From Mycobacterium sp. (GTDB lineage Bacteria > Actinomycetota > Actinomycetes > Mycobacteriales > Mycobacteriaceae): a stretch of 64,000 nucleotides of DNA. The stretch lies in contig NZ_DASXEP010000175.1 in NCBI RefSeq assembly GCF_036490025.1, forward strand, positions 54,335 through 118,334, in the 5' to 3' direction. Made by a program: the position numbers and the translations under genes. The notes below the pieces were generated by a model, which was not told the DNA's origin, searched no databases, and worked only from the letters and a program-made list of their open reading frames with translations. Positions within the stretch are counted from its first letter, which is position 1; each line of letters opens with the position of its first letter. Positions 1 to 11,071 of this stretch are shown here, piece after piece.

Positions 1-110
1 CGCAGCCGGCTGGGCGGCAAGGGTAAGGGTCCGCCGAGCGTGCCATCCGCGGCATAAACCAGGCCGCTCATTCGCGGACGAGGCACGCTCGGCGAAGCTT
101 GAAGTGGCGC

Positions 111-518
111 TCAGACAACCGCCTTGACGTCTTCCGACGCGATCTCGCCGGCAAACGGCGCGATGACCCGCAGGATCTCGGTGATCGTCTCCGGGTGCAG
201 CCCGGCCGCGCACAGCGAGTCCGCCAGGTGCGCGGCGACCATCGTGAAGTGATGCATGGTGATGCCGCGGCCTTGATGTGCCTGGCGTATCGACAGGCCG
301 CCATAGGGTCCGGGTCCACCGAGCACAGCGCTGAGGAATTCGACCTGTCTGGCTTTCACGCACTCCATCGTCGAGGCCGCGTAGAAGCCGGCCAGGTGGT
401 CGTCGGCAAGAACCCGGCAGTAGAAGTCCTCGACGACGACTTCGAGGGCGTCGTGACCGCCGATCTTCTCGTACAGTGAGGCCGTCCCGCGTCTGCGGAA
501 TCGGGTGAGTCTTGCCAT
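111..518 (-). CDS. glbN: Group I truncated haemoglobin (trHbN)
   Basis: 135-aa ORF. Translation resembles mycobacterial GlbN ([41 protein letters not shown]). Size is typical of 2-on-2 globins. Confidence 0.9.
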   Translation of the reverse strand: MARLTRFRRRGTASLYEKIGGHDALEVVVEDFYCRVLADDHLAGFYAASTMECVKARQVEFLSAVLGGPGPYGGLSIRQAHQGRGITMHHFTMVAAHLADSLCAAGLHPETITEILRVIAPFAGEIASEDVKAVV

Positions 519-671
519 GCAGATAGCTCACCATTGCAGGATTGCCTGGTCGTAAGCGCGCCATCACCGCGCGATTACCCGGCGTAACAACCGGATTGCC
601 GCAGAACCGCGGAGAACTTGACGGCGGTGTAGCAGACTCGGTGGGGAATCCAGCGAATCACCACCGGGAGC

Positions 672-1697
672 GTGGAAGCTATGAATCTGGGTGATCTGAC
701 CGGTTTCGTCGAGAAGCCGTTCGCCGCCATGTCCAACCTCGTCAACACCCCGAACTCGGCCGGCCGATACCGGCCCTTCTACCTGCGTAATCTTCTCGAC
801 GCGGTGCAGGGCCGGACATTGCGCGACGCCGTCGAGGGCACGATCACCCTCATCACCGGGGGCTCGTCGGGTATCGGGGAAGCGGCGGCCAGGAAGATCG
901 CCGACGCGGGTGGCGAGGTGGTCCTGGTCGCGCGGACCCGGGAAAACCTGGAAAAAGTCGCCGACGGAATCCGCAGCAGCGGCGGGACCGCATATGTCTA
1001 CCCGTGCGATCTGACCGATATGGACGCGATCGCCGAGATGGCCGACAAGGTGCTCGAAGATCTCGGCGGCGTCGACATGCTGATCAACAACGCCGGACGA
1101 TCGATACGTCGCTCGCTGGCGCTGTCCTATGACCGCATCCACGACTATCAGCGCACCATGCAGCTGAATTACCTCGGTGCGGTACAGCTGATCCTCAAGT
1201 TCATCCCGGGCATGCGGGAACGTGGTTTCGGCCAGATCATCAACGTGTCCTCGGTCGGCGTGCAGACCCGGGCGCCGCGGTTCGGCGCCTACATCGCGAG
1301 CAAGGCGGCGCTGGACAGCCTGTGCGACGCGCTGCAGGCCGAGGTGGTCAGCGACGACATCAAGTTCACAACCGTGCACATGGCGCTGGTGCGAACGCCG
1401 ATGATCAGCCCCACCACGATGTACGACAAGTTCCCGGCGCTGACACCAGAGCAAGCCGCCGGCGTGATCACCGACGCGATCGTGCACCGGCCCCGTCGGG
1501 CCAGCTCGCCCTTCGGGCAGTTCGCCGCCGTCGCCGACGCCGTCAACCCCGCGGTGATGGACCGGGTGCGCAACCGCGCCTTCAGCATGTTCGGCGACTC
1601 TTCGGCGGCTAAGGGAGACCAATCCGACAGCAGCACAACAGAATTCGATGATCGAAGCGAGACGTTCGTTCGAGCGACCCGCGGAATCCACTGGTGA
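672..1697 (+). CDS. SDR-family fatty acyl-CoA reductase (Rv1543-like)
   Basis: 341 aa, GTG start. Has the SDR cofactor motif TGGSSGIGEA and catalytic YIASKAAL (YxxxK). Length and position next to glbN match the remembered Rv1543. Confidence 0.8.
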   Translation: MEAMNLGDLTGFVEKPFAAMSNLVNTPNSAGRYRPFYLRNLLDAVQGRTLRDAVEGTITLITGGSSGIGEAAARKIADAGGEVVLVARTRENLEKVADGIRSSGGTAYVYPCDLTDMDAIAEMADKVLEDLGGVDMLINNAGRSIRRSLALSYDRIHDYQRTMQLNYLGAVQLILKFIPGMRERGFGQIINVSSVGVQTRAPRFGAYIASKAALDSLCDALQAEVVSDDIKFTTVHMALVRTPMISPTTMYDKFPALTPEQAAGVITDAIVHRPRRASSPFGQFAAVADAVNPAVMDRVRNRAFSMFGDSSAAKGDQSDSSTTEFDDRSETFVRATRGIHW

Positions 1698-1704
1698 GGT
1701 GATC

Positions 1705-2508
1705 ATGAGTCTTCCGAAACCGACCAACCAAGCACCCGTCGTCATCACCGGTGCCTCCTCGGGCATCGGCACCGAGCTGGCGCGCGGCCTGGCCCGGCGC
1801 GGACACCCGTTGGTGCTGGTCGCCCGCCGTCAGGAACGCCTGGACGAGCTCGCCGACGAGGTGCGCACGCAATACTCGGTTGGCACCGATGTCTTTCCGC
1901 TCGACCTCGCTGACGCCGGATCTCGCCGGAAGCTGGCCGAGCGGTTGCGCACCGAGCCGATCGCCGGTTTGTGTAACAGCGCCGGCTTCGGCACCAGCGG
2001 GGTGTTCCAGACGCTGCCGGTCGAACGGGAAAGCGAGGAGGTCGTCCTCAACTCGCTGACGCTGATGGAACTGACCCATGCCGCGCTGCCGGGCATGGTC
2101 GAACGGGGCGCCGGAGCGGTGCTCAACATCGCCTCGATCGCGGGGTTTCAGCCGATGCCCTATATGGCCGTGTATTCGGCGACCAAGGCTTTTGTGCAGA
2201 CCTTCTCCGAAGCGGTGCACGAGGAACTACACGGAACGGGCGTCTCGGTGACGGTGCTGTGCCCGGGCCCGGTGCCGACGGAGTGGGGCGAGATCGCCAG
2301 CGCCGAGCGGTTCAGCATCCCCCTTGCACAGGTGTCGCCGCACGACGTCGCCGAAGAGGCGATCGGCGGGATGCTGGCCGGTAAGCGCAGTGTGGTGCCC
2401 GGAATCGTGCCCAAGGCCGTGAGTATCGGCGGCCGTTATGTGCCGCGCAGCCTGCTGCTGCCCGGCATGCGGATCGGCAACCGCTTCCGCGGCGGACCAC
2501 GTCGCTGA
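1705..2508 (+). CDS. SDR-family ketoacyl reductase (Rv1544-like)
   Basis: The ORF-track frame starts at 1648, but the ATG at 1705 lies just after the upstream stop (1695-1697) and gives 267 aa. Motifs [10 protein letters not shown] and YSATKAF. Confidence 0.8.
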   Translation: MSLPKPTNQAPVVITGASSGIGTELARGLARRGHPLVLVARRQERLDELADEVRTQYSVGTDVFPLDLADAGSRRKLAERLRTEPIAGLCNSAGFGTSGVFQTLPVERESEEVVLNSLTLMELTHAALPGMVERGAGAVLNIASIAGFQPMPYMAVYSATKAFVQTFSEAVHEELHGTGVSVTVLCPGPVPTEWGEIASAERFSIPLAQVSPHDVAEEAIGGMLAGKRSVVPGIVPKAVSIGGRYVPRSLLLPGMRIGNRFRGGPRR

Positions 2509-2939
2509 TGGCCGCTGTCGATGTGACAGCTGACGTGCCGATGAGCCCGCAGGACATGTGGAATCACGTGTCCGACCTGTCCGAATTGGGCGAGTGGCTG
2601 GTGATGCACGAGGCATGGCGCAGCGAGCTGCCCGAGGGGCTCAGCGAAGGAACCCAAGTCGTGGGCGTCGCGCGCGCCAAGGGGCTTCGCAATCGGGTCA
2701 CGTGGACGGTCACTACCTGGGATCCGCCGCACCGGGTCGCGTTGTCGGGATCGGGCAAGGGCGGGGCCAAATACATCGTCACGCTCAGCGTTTCGCCCAC
2801 GAAAACGGGCTCGAACCTGGGCGTGCGGCTCGAGCTGGGCGGTCGTGCGTTGTTCGGCCCGGTGGGCGCGGCGGCGGCCCGCGCCGTCAAAGGAGACGTC
2901 GAGAAATCGCTGAAGCAGTTCGTCCAGCTCTACGGATAG
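2508..2939 (+). CDS. SRPBCC/polyketide-cyclase-like small protein (Rv1546-like)
   Basis: 143 aa. The ATG overlaps the upstream TGA by 1 nt (TGATG). Sequence style is that of START/Bet-v1-like lipid-binding proteins. Assignment rests on resemblance and synteny only. Confidence 0.65.
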   Translation: MAAVDVTADVPMSPQDMWNHVSDLSELGEWLVMHEAWRSELPEGLSEGTQVVGVARAKGLRNRVTWTVTTWDPPHRVALSGSGKGGAKYIVTLSVSPTKTGSNLGVRLELGGRALFGPVGAAAARAVKGDVEKSLKQFVQLYG

Positions 2940-3030
2940 CGGCCCGGCCGCCGACGCCGCGGCGATCGCAAGGGCGGCGCGCTGTGTCCGAAGTTCCTAA
3001 AGATCGGGCGAACGGCGGTAGCCTGGCCGG

Positions 3031-5973
3031 ATGTTGCGGGGGGCTCGTCGAGCCACTATGTCCGAACCCAGGGCCAGGGGTCTTTTCGGCTGGATCGGCG
3101 TGGTTGTGCGGCGGTGGCCGTGGGTTGTCATCGGGTTCTGGATCGCGCTTGCCGCCGTTCTGTCGGTGACGATTCCACCGCTGACCGAGATGGCCAGCAA
3201 GCGGCCGGTCCCTATCCTGCCGTCCGACGCTCCGGTGTTGATCACGACAAGACAGATCTCCGAGGCTTTTCATCAATCGGGGTCCGAGAATGAAAACGTC
3301 CTGTTGGTCGTCCTGACCGACGAGAAAGGACTGAACCCCTCCGATCTGACCACCTACCACACACTGGTCGACAACCTGCGGCCGGACACTCGCGACATCG
3401 TCATGCTGCAGGATTTCATCACAACGCCGGTCCTGCGCGACGCGATGACCAGCAAGGATCACAAAGCCTGGTTTCTGCCCATGGTGCTCGCCGGCGGAGT
3501 GGGGACACCCGAGCTGCATGCGGGGTTCGGCCGGGTCGCCGACATCGTCAAAGAATCCGTCGCCGGGACCACGCTGACGGCGAACCTGACCGGGCCGGCG
3601 GCCAGCGGGGACGACCTGATGTACGTCGGTATTCGCGATATGCATGTGATCGAGATCGCCGTGGTGCTGATGGTCCTGATCATCCTGTTGGTTATTTATC
3701 GCAATCCGCTCACCATGATGTTGCCGTTGATCACGATCGGCGTCTCGGTAGGGGTTGCGCAGTCCATCGTGGCGGGCATCGCCGAACTCGGTTTGGGCGT
3801 TTCCAGCCAGACGATCACGTTGATGACAACGATGATGGCGGGCGCCGGAATCGATTACGCCGTGTTTCTCATCAGCCGTTACCACGATTATTTGCGGCTC
3901 GGGATGGATTCGGATCAAGCCGTCGTCAGGGCGTTGACGTCGATCGGCAAAGTGATCGCCGGGTCCGCGGCCACGGTGTCGATCACCTTTCTCGGGATGG
4001 TCTTCACTCACTTGGGCGCCTTCCGAAACGTCGGTCCGGCGTTGGCCTGTTCAATTGCGGTGGCATTGCTGGCCGCGGTGACGTTCCTCCCGGCCCTGAT
4101 GGTCCTCGCCGGAAGGCGAGGTTGGATCAAGCCCCGCCGCGAGCTCACCACCCGCTTCTGGCGGCGCTCGGGAATACGCATTGTGCGCCGACCCGCGGCT
4201 CATCTGATCGGCAGTCTCACCGTGTTGATCATTCTGGCCGGCTGCGCGATGTTCGCCCGCTTCAACTACGACGACAGCAAAACACTCCCGCAGTCCGTCG
4301 AGAGCAGCGTCGGATATGCGACGCTGGCCCGGCATTTTCCGTTGAACGCCACCATTCCCGAGTATCTCGTCGTGCACTCACCACAAGACTTGCGTAAACC
4401 TGCGACCCTTGTTGACCTGAAGCAGATGGAACAGCGGGTGGGCCAACTGCCCGATATCGCGGCGATCCGCGGTGCCCCGCCGCCCACCGAAAAATCAACC
4501 GACCAAAATTCTGCCGATGGTGGTGCAGCTAACGGTTCCACGGTGCGGAGAGAACCCGTCACCGAACAAGAAGGCGGGGGAGTCGAAGGTTTCCCCAACG
4601 TGGCCAACTTGCTGTATTCGGTCGCAACTACCGGAAATGCGGCCCCCGATCTTGGCCTGCCAACCGCCCCGACCGAAGAAGGCGACGAGACGGCGATGTT
4701 CGTCAGCACCGTGCATGGGCTCGGCTTCGCCATGTCGGTCGACGTGGCAGAGATCGCCAACACCGTCAACGCCGCGCCGGTGACGGTGCTGGACGTGGTT
4801 GCTACCTCGGCGCGCGACGGTGGAGCGCTCAAGAAGATGTCTGACTTCGCTGAACAGCTGGAGACCATGCCGGATGCGGACAGCATCGAGTCGGCATCGC
4901 GAAATGTGCGTCAAATACTGGACAACGCCAGCAACGACCTACGCACACTGGGCAGCGGCGACAAGGAGACCACCAAAGCCGCGCAGCACGATGCGCACAC
5001 TTACGCCGACGCGATCACGCAGATGATCGACGGCGTCAAAGATCTGATCAAGCAAACCGAACACACCGGGGGAGGACTGAACAGTGCGTTGACGTCCTTC
5101 ATCTCGCCCGATGGACACACGGCGCGGTACTTGGTGCAAACCAAGCTGAACCCCTTCGGCACCGAGGCGATGAATCAGATTCACAGCATCGTCGATGCCG
5201 CTCGGGGACCGCACCCGAACGCCCTGCTGAAGCAAGCCTCGATATCGGCGTCGGGAGTCACCGCGATGCTGCGGGACACCCGGGCCTATTACGGTCAGGA
5301 CATCAACCTCATCATCGTCATGACCATTCTGATCGTGTTCCTGATTCTGGTCGCGATTCTGCGTGCCGTTGTCGCACCGCTGTACCTCATCGCCTCAGTG
5401 GTGATCTCCTACCTATCGGCACTCGGCGTGGGCGTCATCGTCTTTCAATTCATCTTCGGCCAGGAATTGACGTGGAGCATCCCGGGGCTGACTTTCATCG
5501 TGTTGGTCGCGATGGGTGCGGATTACAATTTGCTGCTCATCTCGAGGCTTCGGGAGGAGTCGCCGCACGGGTTGCGCTCCGGGGTTATCCGCACGGTGGG
5601 TTCGACAGGTGGTGTGATCACCGCGGCCGGTGTCATCTTCGCCGCCTCGATGTTCGGCATGTTGTTCGCCAGCATCAGCACCTTGGTGCAGGCGGGTTTC
5701 ATCATCGGGACCGGGCTGCTGCTGGATACCTTCCTGGTGCGCACCATCACCGTGCCGGCCATCGCCGTGCTGGTGGGGGACGCGAACTGGTGGCCTTCGC
5801 GATTACCGCCGCCTGCGCCGCGCGAACGACCAGAGCGGTTATCCCCGCACGAGCCCCCACCAACGTCCGAAGCGGCGGAGGACGCCACGGCCGGTGTGGA
5901 CCCGGGCCGGCACGCCAGCCGGGTCGACGTCGCTGAAGGCGCCGATCCCGACACGGTCGCGCTTCGCTCGTGA
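3031..5973 (+). CDS. MmpL-family RND membrane transporter, cluster-I type with a large insert in periplasmic loop 2
   Basis: 980 aa (alternative ATG at 3058). Two 6-TM bundles with typical MmpL motifs (GAGIDYAVFLISRYHD, AMGADYNLLLISRLREE). About 250 aa of soluble, partly heptad-like sequence sits in the second loop. Pro/Glu-rich C-terminal tail. Confidence 0.9.
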   Translation: MLRGARRATMSEPRARGLFGWIGVVVRRWPWVVIGFWIALAAVLSVTIPPLTEMASKRPVPILPSDAPVLITTRQISEAFHQSGSENENVLLVVLTDEKGLNPSDLTTYHTLVDNLRPDTRDIVMLQDFITTPVLRDAMTSKDHKAWFLPMVLAGGVGTPELHAGFGRVADIVKESVAGTTLTANLTGPAASGDDLMYVGIRDMHVIEIAVVLMVLIILLVIYRNPLTMMLPLITIGVSVGVAQSIVAGIAELGLGVSSQTITLMTTMMAGAGIDYAVFLISRYHDYLRLGMDSDQAVVRALTSIGKVIAGSAATVSITFLGMVFTHLGAFRNVGPALACSIAVALLAAVTFLPALMVLAGRRGWIKPRRELTTRFWRRSGIRIVRRPAAHLIGSLTVLIILAGCAMFARFNYDDSKTLPQSVESSVGYATLARHFPLNATIPEYLVVHSPQDLRKPATLVDLKQMEQRVGQLPDIAAIRGAPPPTEKSTDQNSADGGAANGSTVRREPVTEQEGGGVEGFPNVANLLYSVATTGNAAPDLGLPTAPTEEGDETAMFVSTVHGLGFAMSVDVAEIANTVNAAPVTVLDVVATSARDGGALKKMSDFAEQLETMPDADSIESASRNVRQILDNASNDLRTLGSGDKETTKAAQHDAHTYADAITQMIDGVKDLIKQTEHTGGGLNSALTSFISPDGHTARYLVQTKLNPFGTEAMNQIHSIVDAARGPHPNALLKQASISASGVTAMLRDTRAYYGQDINLIIVMTILIVFLILVAILRAVVAPLYLIASVVISYLSALGVGVIVFQFIFGQELTWSIPGLTFIVLVAMGADYNLLLISRLREESPHGLRSGVIRTVGSTGGVITAAGVIFAASMFGMLFASISTLVQAGFIIGTGLLLDTFLVRTITVPAIAVLVGDANWWPSRLPPPAPRERPERLSPHEPPPTSEAAEDATAGVDPGRHASRVDVAEGADPDTVALRS

Positions 5974-6047
5974 GTCGACAGGACCGAAAGACACACTCTG
6001 CGACACGCCGGGAACGAGTCGGTGTGCGGCCATAGACTGGCGTCCCT

Positions 6048-9000
6048 ATGAGTCACTCCTTCGTGCACCTGCATAACCACACCGAGTACTCGATGTTGGA
6101 CGGTGCCGCGAAGGTCGCGCCGATGCTCGCCGAGGCGCAGCGGCTGCAGATGCCCGCGATCGGGATGACCGACCACGGCAACATGTTCGGCGCCAGCGAG
6201 TTCTACAACGAAGCCACCGCCGCCGGTATTAAACCGATCATCGGCATCGAGGCGTATGTGGCACCCGATTCTCGTTTCAATACCCGCCGCATCTTGTGGG
6301 GCGATCCGGGCCAGAAGAGCGACGATGTGTCCGGCAGTGGCTCCTACACCCACATGACAATGGTCGCCGAAAACGCCACCGGTCTTCGCAATCTGTTCAA
6401 GCTGTCGTCGCTGGCATCGTTCGAGGGCCAGCTGGGCAAGTGGTCGAGGATGGATGCCGAGCTGATCGCCGAACATGCCGCCGGCATCATCGCCACCACC
6501 GGATGCCCGTCCGGGGAGGTGCAGACCCGGCTGCGGCTCGGCCACCACCGCGAAGCGCTGGAGTCGGCCGCCAAATGGCGGGAGATCTTCGGGCCCGAGA
6601 ACTACTTCCTGGAGCTGATGGACCACGGGCTGTCCATCGAACGACGGGTGCGCGACGGGCTGCTGGAAATCGGTCGCGCGCTGAACATTCCACCGTTGGC
6701 CACCAACGACTGCCACTATGTCACCCGCGACGCCGCACACAACCACGAGGCGCTGCTGTGTGTGCAGACCGGTAAGACGCTCACCGATCCCACCCGCTTC
6801 AAGTTCGACGGCGACGGCTACTACCTCAAGTCGGCCGCCGAGATGCGCGAGATCTGGGACGGCGAGGTCGCCGGCGCCTGCGACTCGACGCTGCTGATCG
6901 CCGAGCGGGTCAGCTCGTACGCCGACGTGTGGGAGCCCCGCGACCGGATGCCGGTCTTCCCGGTGCCCAACGGCCACGACCCGGCGTCCTGGCTGCGCCA
7001 CGAAGTCGAGGCCGGCCTGCGACGCCGTTTCCCCGATGCGCTGCCCGACGGCTACTCCCAGCGGGCCGCCTACGAGATCGACGTCATCTGCGACAAGGGT
7101 TTTCCGTCCTACTTTCTCATCGTCGCCGACCTGATCAACTACGCACGCTCGGTCGACATCCGGGTCGGCCCCGGGCGTGGCTCGGCGGCCGGATCGCTGG
7201 TGGCCTTCGCGCTGGGCATCACCGACATCGACCCGATCCAGCACGGTTTGCTGTTCGAGCGGTTCCTCAACCCCGAGCGCGCCTCGATGCCCGACATCGA
7301 CATCGACTTCGACGATCGTCGACGCGGCGAAATGGTGCGCTACGCCGCCGAGAAGTGGGGCCAGGACCGGGTCGCGCAGGTCATCACCTTCGGCACCATC
7401 AAAACCAAAGCCGCACTGAAGGATTCCGCCCGGATCCACTACGGCCAGCCGGGATTCGCGATCGCCGACCGGATCACCAAGGCGCTGCCGCCGGCGATCA
7501 TGGCCAAAGACATCCCGCTGTCGGGCATCACCGACCCCAACCACGAACGCTACAAAGAGGCCGCCGAGATCCGCGGCCTGATCGACACCGATCCCGATGT
7601 GCGGACCATCTACCAGACTGCACGCGGGCTGGAAGGTCTGATCCGCAACTCCGGTGTGCATGCCTGCGCGGTGATCATGAGCAGCGAGCCGCTGACCGAT
7701 GTGATCCCGCTGTGGAAGCGGCCGCAGGACGGCGCGATCATCACCGGCTGGGACTACCCGTCGTGTGAGGCGATCGGCCTGCTGAAGATGGACTTCCTCG
7801 GGCTGCGCAACCTGACGATCATCGGCGACGCGCTGGTGAACATCAAAGACAACCGCGGGATCGACCTTGACCTGGAATCGGTCCCGCTCGACGACCCGGC
7901 CACCTTCGAACTGCTGGGCCGCGGTGAGACGCTGGGGGTGTTCCAGCTCGACGGCGGGCCGATGCGCGACCTGCTGCGCCGCATGCAGCCCACCGGGTTC
8001 GAGGACATCGTCGCGGTGCTCGCGTTGTACCGCCCCGGACCCATGGGCATGAACGCCCACAACGACTACGCCGACCGCAAGAACAACCGGCAGGCGATCA
8101 GACCGATCCATCCCGAACTCGAGGAACCGCTGCGCGAGATCCTCGCCGAAACCTACGGCCTGATCGTGTATCAGGAGCAGATCATGCGCATCGCGCAGAA
8201 GGTGGCCGGGTACTCGCTCGCCCGAGCAGACATTCTGCGCAAGGCGATGGGCAAGAAGAAGCGCGAAGTCCTGGAGAAGGAGTTCGAGGGCTTCTCAGAA
8301 GGCATGCAGGCCAACGGATTCTCCGCCAAAGCGATCAAAGCGCTGTGGGACACCATCCTGCCGTTCGCTGATTACGCGTTCAACAAGTCGCACGCCGCCG
8401 GGTACGGCCTGGTGTCCTACTGGACGGCGTATCTGAAGGCGAATTACCCGGGCGAGTACATGGCCGGGCTGCTCACCTCGGTCGGTGACGACAAAGACAA
8501 GGCCGCGGTATACCTGGCCGACTGCCGCAAGCTCGGCATCATCGTGCTGCCGCCCGACGTCAACGAGTCCGGGCTGAACTTCGCCTCCGTCGGCACCGAT
8601 ATCAGGTACGGGCTGGGCGCCGTGCGCAACGTCGGCGCCAATGTCGTTGCGTCGCTGATCAATACCCGCACCGCGAAGGGCAAGTTCACCGACTTCTCCG
8701 ACTACCTCAACAAGGTCGACATCGCGGCGTGCAACAAGAAGGTCACCGAGTCGCTCATCAAAGCCGGCGCCTTCGACTCGCTGAAGCACCCGCGCAAGGG
8801 GCTGTTCTTGGTGCACACCGACGCGGTGGATTCGGTGCTGGGCACCAAGAAGGCCGAGGCGATGGGTCAGTTCGACCTGTTCGGCGGCGACCCGAATGAC
8901 GGCGGAGCAGGCGCTGACGCGGTTTTCACCATCAGGGTTCCCGACGAGGAATGGGACGACAAGCACAAACTCGCGCTGGAGCGCGAGATGCTCGGCCTGT

Positions 9001-9590
9001 ACGTATCCGGACATCCGCTCAACGGAGTGGCGCATCTGCTGGCGACCCAGGTTGATACCGCCATCCCGGCAATTCTCGACGGCGACGTCGCCAACGAGAC
9101 CATGGTGAAAGTCGGCGGCATTCTGGCGTCGGTGAACCGACGGGTGAACAAGAACGGAATGCCTTGGGCGTCGGCACAACTGGAAGACCTCACCGGTGGT
9201 ATCGAGGTGATGTTCTTCCCGCACACCTACTCCGCGTTCGGCGCTGATGTCATCGACGACACGGTGGTGCTCGTCACCGCCAAAGTCGCGATCCGGGACG
9301 ACCGAATCTCGCTCATCGCCAACGACCTTGTGGTGCCTGACTTTACGACCGCACAGGCAAACCGGCCGCTGGCGGTCAGCCTGCCGACCCGGCAGTGCAC
9401 CATCGACAAGGTCAGCGCGCTCAAACAAGTGCTGGCACAACACCCCGGCACGTCGCAGGTGCATCTGCGCCTGCTCAGCGGCGACCGGACGACCACCCTC
9501 GAGCTGGATGCATCACTGCGGGTGACGCTGTCCCCGGCGCTGATGGGCGATCTCAAGGCACTGCTCGGTCCGGGCTGTCTGGGCGGCTAG
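6048..9590 (+). CDS. dnaE1: DNA polymerase III alpha subunit
   Basis: 1180 aa. N-terminal PHP domain ([26 protein letters not shown]), followed by polymerase core and OB-fold region. Confidence 0.97.
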   Translation: MSHSFVHLHNHTEYSMLDGAAKVAPMLAEAQRLQMPAIGMTDHGNMFGASEFYNEATAAGIKPIIGIEAYVAPDSRFNTRRILWGDPGQKSDDVSGSGSYTHMTMVAENATGLRNLFKLSSLASFEGQLGKWSRMDAELIAEHAAGIIATTGCPSGEVQTRLRLGHHREALESAAKWREIFGPENYFLELMDHGLSIERRVRDGLLEIGRALNIPPLATNDCHYVTRDAAHNHEALLCVQTGKTLTDPTRFKFDGDGYYLKSAAEMREIWDGEVAGACDSTLLIAERVSSYADVWEPRDRMPVFPVPNGHDPASWLRHEVEAGLRRRFPDALPDGYSQRAAYEIDVICDKGFPSYFLIVADLINYARSVDIRVGPGRGSAAGSLVAFALGITDIDPIQHGLLFERFLNPERASMPDIDIDFDDRRRGEMVRYAAEKWGQDRVAQVITFGTIKTKAALKDSARIHYGQPGFAIADRITKALPPAIMAKDIPLSGITDPNHERYKEAAEIRGLIDTDPDVRTIYQTARGLEGLIRNSGVHACAVIMSSEPLTDVIPLWKRPQDGAIITGWDYPSCEAIGLLKMDFLGLRNLTIIGDALVNIKDNRGIDLDLESVPLDDPATFELLGRGETLGVFQLDGGPMRDLLRRMQPTGFEDIVAVLALYRPGPMGMNAHNDYADRKNNRQAIRPIHPELEEPLREILAETYGLIVYQEQIMRIAQKVAGYSLARADILRKAMGKKKREVLEKEFEGFSEGMQANGFSAKAIKALWDTILPFADYAFNKSHAAGYGLVSYWTAYLKANYPGEYMAGLLTSVGDDKDKAAVYLADCRKLGIIVLPPDVNESGLNFASVGTDIRYGLGAVRNVGANVVASLINTRTAKGKFTDFSDYLNKVDIAACNKKVTESLIKAGAFDSLKHPRKGLFLVHTDAVDSVLGTKKAEAMGQFDLFGGDPNDGGAGADAVFTIRVPDEEWDDKHKLALEREMLGLYVSGHPLNGVAHLLATQVDTAIPAILDGDVANETMVKVGGILASVNRRVNKNGMPWASAQLEDLTGGIEVMFFPHTYSAFGADVIDDTVVLVTAKVAIRDDRISLIANDLVVPDFTTAQANRPLAVSLPTRQCTIDKVSALKQVLAQHPGTSQVHLRLLSGDRTTTLELDASLRVTLSPALMGDLKALLGPGCLGG

Positions 9591-9641
9591 CGGGGATCGC
9601 GAGCGCGGCGAAGCCGGGCGCGGCGGGTCGCCGCCATCAAG

Positions 9642-10511
9642 TCAAGCGGACAACAGAAGGGTCGCTTGATGATCGTGGGTGGGGATGATCTTCACGGCGT
9701 GCCGGGCGAGATGGAGCCGTTGCAGCGTCTTGAAAGTCTCGTCACGGTCCTCGTCCACCAAAACGCCCGGATAGCCCGATTTTTGCCGCACATTCTCGAT
9801 TTGCAAATCGTGCCAGGCGGCGTCGCCGGCGATGAGGATCCATCCGCGCTGGGTGTGCGCGAGCACCCCGACGCTGCCCGGGGTGTGGCCGCGCAGGTCC
9901 ACCAGGATGACGGAATTGTCGCCGAACAGATCGTGCGATCGGGTGAAGGTCAACACCGGCGGGCCATCTAAGTCGTAGGCGACGAGAGGGCGATCGCGCA
10001 GCGAATCGCGAACGCCGCCCACGGGTGCCACCGGCCCGGAACTCGCCCAGTCGTGTTCGGCCCGGTGCAGGTGAACAGGCAGGCCGGGAAAGTCCAGCAG
10101 GCCACACACGTGATCCCAGTGTGCGTGTGTCGGCAACGCGAAATCCACCGTCGGCACGTCGGGTAACGCGGCCAACCCGGTGACAGTCGGAATGGCATCG
10201 GCGGGAGGATGAACCGCCGCCCGCAGCACCGCCGGCAGTTGAGCGATGGCCCGCTCCTCGACGTCGACGCAGAGCGCGGGATCGATGATGAACGTCGCTG
10301 CCGGATGGGTGAGGACGAACGATGTCAGCGAGTTCTCGATACGAGCCGGCGAGAAAGTGCCCTCGACGATTGCGGCGGTCGGCACCGAATGGGGGACTTG
10401 AGGTAGTGCCGTGACCGTGACGGTTGCTGCGGGGTCCGGCAGCCCGGCATCGGTGACGCTGCGAACGAAGCGCTGATCGACCCGTCGCGGCCGCATTGAC
10501 CCCACAACCAA
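9642..10511 (-). CDS. MBL-fold metallo-hydrolase
   Basis: 289 aa with the metallo-beta-lactamase motif THAHWDH and downstream His/Asp ligands (RGHTPGS, AGDAAWH). Confidence 0.75.
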   Translation of the reverse strand: MVVGSMRPRRVDQRFVRSVTDAGLPDPAATVTVTALPQVPHSVPTAAIVEGTFSPARIENSLTSFVLTHPAATFIIDPALCVDVEERAIAQLPAVLRAAVHPPADAIPTVTGLAALPDVPTVDFALPTHAHWDHVCGLLDFPGLPVHLHRAEHDWASSGPVAPVGGVRDSLRDRPLVAYDLDGPPVLTFTRSHDLFGDNSVILVDLRGHTPGSVGVLAHTQRGWILIAGDAAWHDLQIENVRQKSGYPGVLVDEDRDETFKTLQRLHLARHAVKIIPTHDHQATLLLSA

Positions 10512-10560
10512 ACCGACTGCGGCTCAGCAGCATTGACGCATACTTGGAGATCGAACCGGA

Positions 10561-11013
10561 TCAGACATCGCTGAGCTCCACTCGGACGATGACGCTGTCG
10601 GACCAGACACCGCGGTCACGCGAGCGACGCAACTTCTCCCGCAGGCAGAGATCCCGGTGAACGCCGGTGACCCCCGGGACGTTGATCAGCGGAACGATGT
10701 TCCACTGCCAGCCATACCGGTGGTGCAGTGTCCGATTGGCCTGCTCGGCTTCGGCGCCGTAGAGGATTGTTGCCTGCCCGGTCACGGTCGTTGCGTCGGG
10801 GCGAACTCGTCCCCGGTAGTCGCATGCAGCAAGTTCTACGTCACGGCAGGTCGTCAACCGTCTGGTCTTGGGGCCGACCTTGGTGCGGAACAGCACCTGC
10901 CGACCGTCCATCGCGAACCAAACCGGGGTATCGACGCCGGTGCCGTCCCGGTGAAATGACCGGAGCCGGGCGTAGCGGGCGAAGCTGAGTTGATTGGAGG
11001 CGGGTCTGTGCAT
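10561..11013 (-). CDS. PPOX-class (pyridoxamine 5'-phosphate oxidase-like / probable F420-dependent) split-barrel protein
   Basis: The ORF-track frame starts at TTG 11025; the ATG at 11013 gives 150 aa. Sequence resembles the split beta-barrel flavin/deazaflavin-binding family. Cofactor not determinable from sequence. Confidence 0.6.
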   Translation of the reverse strand: MHRPASNQLSFARYARLRSFHRDGTGVDTPVWFAMDGRQVLFRTKVGPKTRRLTTCRDVELAACDYRGRVRPDATTVTGQATILYGAEAEQANRTLHHRYGWQWNIVPLINVPGVTGVHRDLCLREKLRRSRDRGVWSDSVIVRVELSDV

Positions 11014-11020
11014 AACACCA

Positions 11021-11050
11021 GTCAACGACCTAGAGTTGACTCTAAGTCAA
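11021..11050. promoter_or_regulatory. Nested inverted repeats (candidate MerR operator) within a divergent promoter
   Basis: GTCAAC(11021-26)-N8-GTTGAC(11035-40) overlaps TTGACT(11036-41)-CTA-AGTCAA(11045-50). TAGAGT (TANNNT-type -10) is present on both strands (plus 11031-36, minus 11044-39). Confidence 0.45.
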
Positions 11051-11071
11051 GCCCCGAATTCTGGAGAGAAC

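Noticed and set aside
1-110. A possible 3' end of a plus-strand gene (frame 1 stops at 55-57), or a minus-strand ATG at 71 that might start the gene downstream of glbN.
   Set aside because: Too little sequence to recognise either product. The minus-strand peptide does not resemble the lipoprotein I would expect after glbN from H37Rv synteny.
5523-8111. An 862-aa minus-strand ORF, plus many other long ORFs antisense to confident genes (for example 564-1772, 13499-14863, 24640-26622, 56014-57669, 62564-63973).
   Set aside because: They lie opposite genes with unmistakable conserved motifs (dnaE1, SDR, fadD11, treX/acyltransferase, trpE, pykA). Their translations are Arg/Gly/Pro/Ala-rich low-complexity strings. 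This is typical of stop-codon-poor antisense frames in GC-rich DNA.
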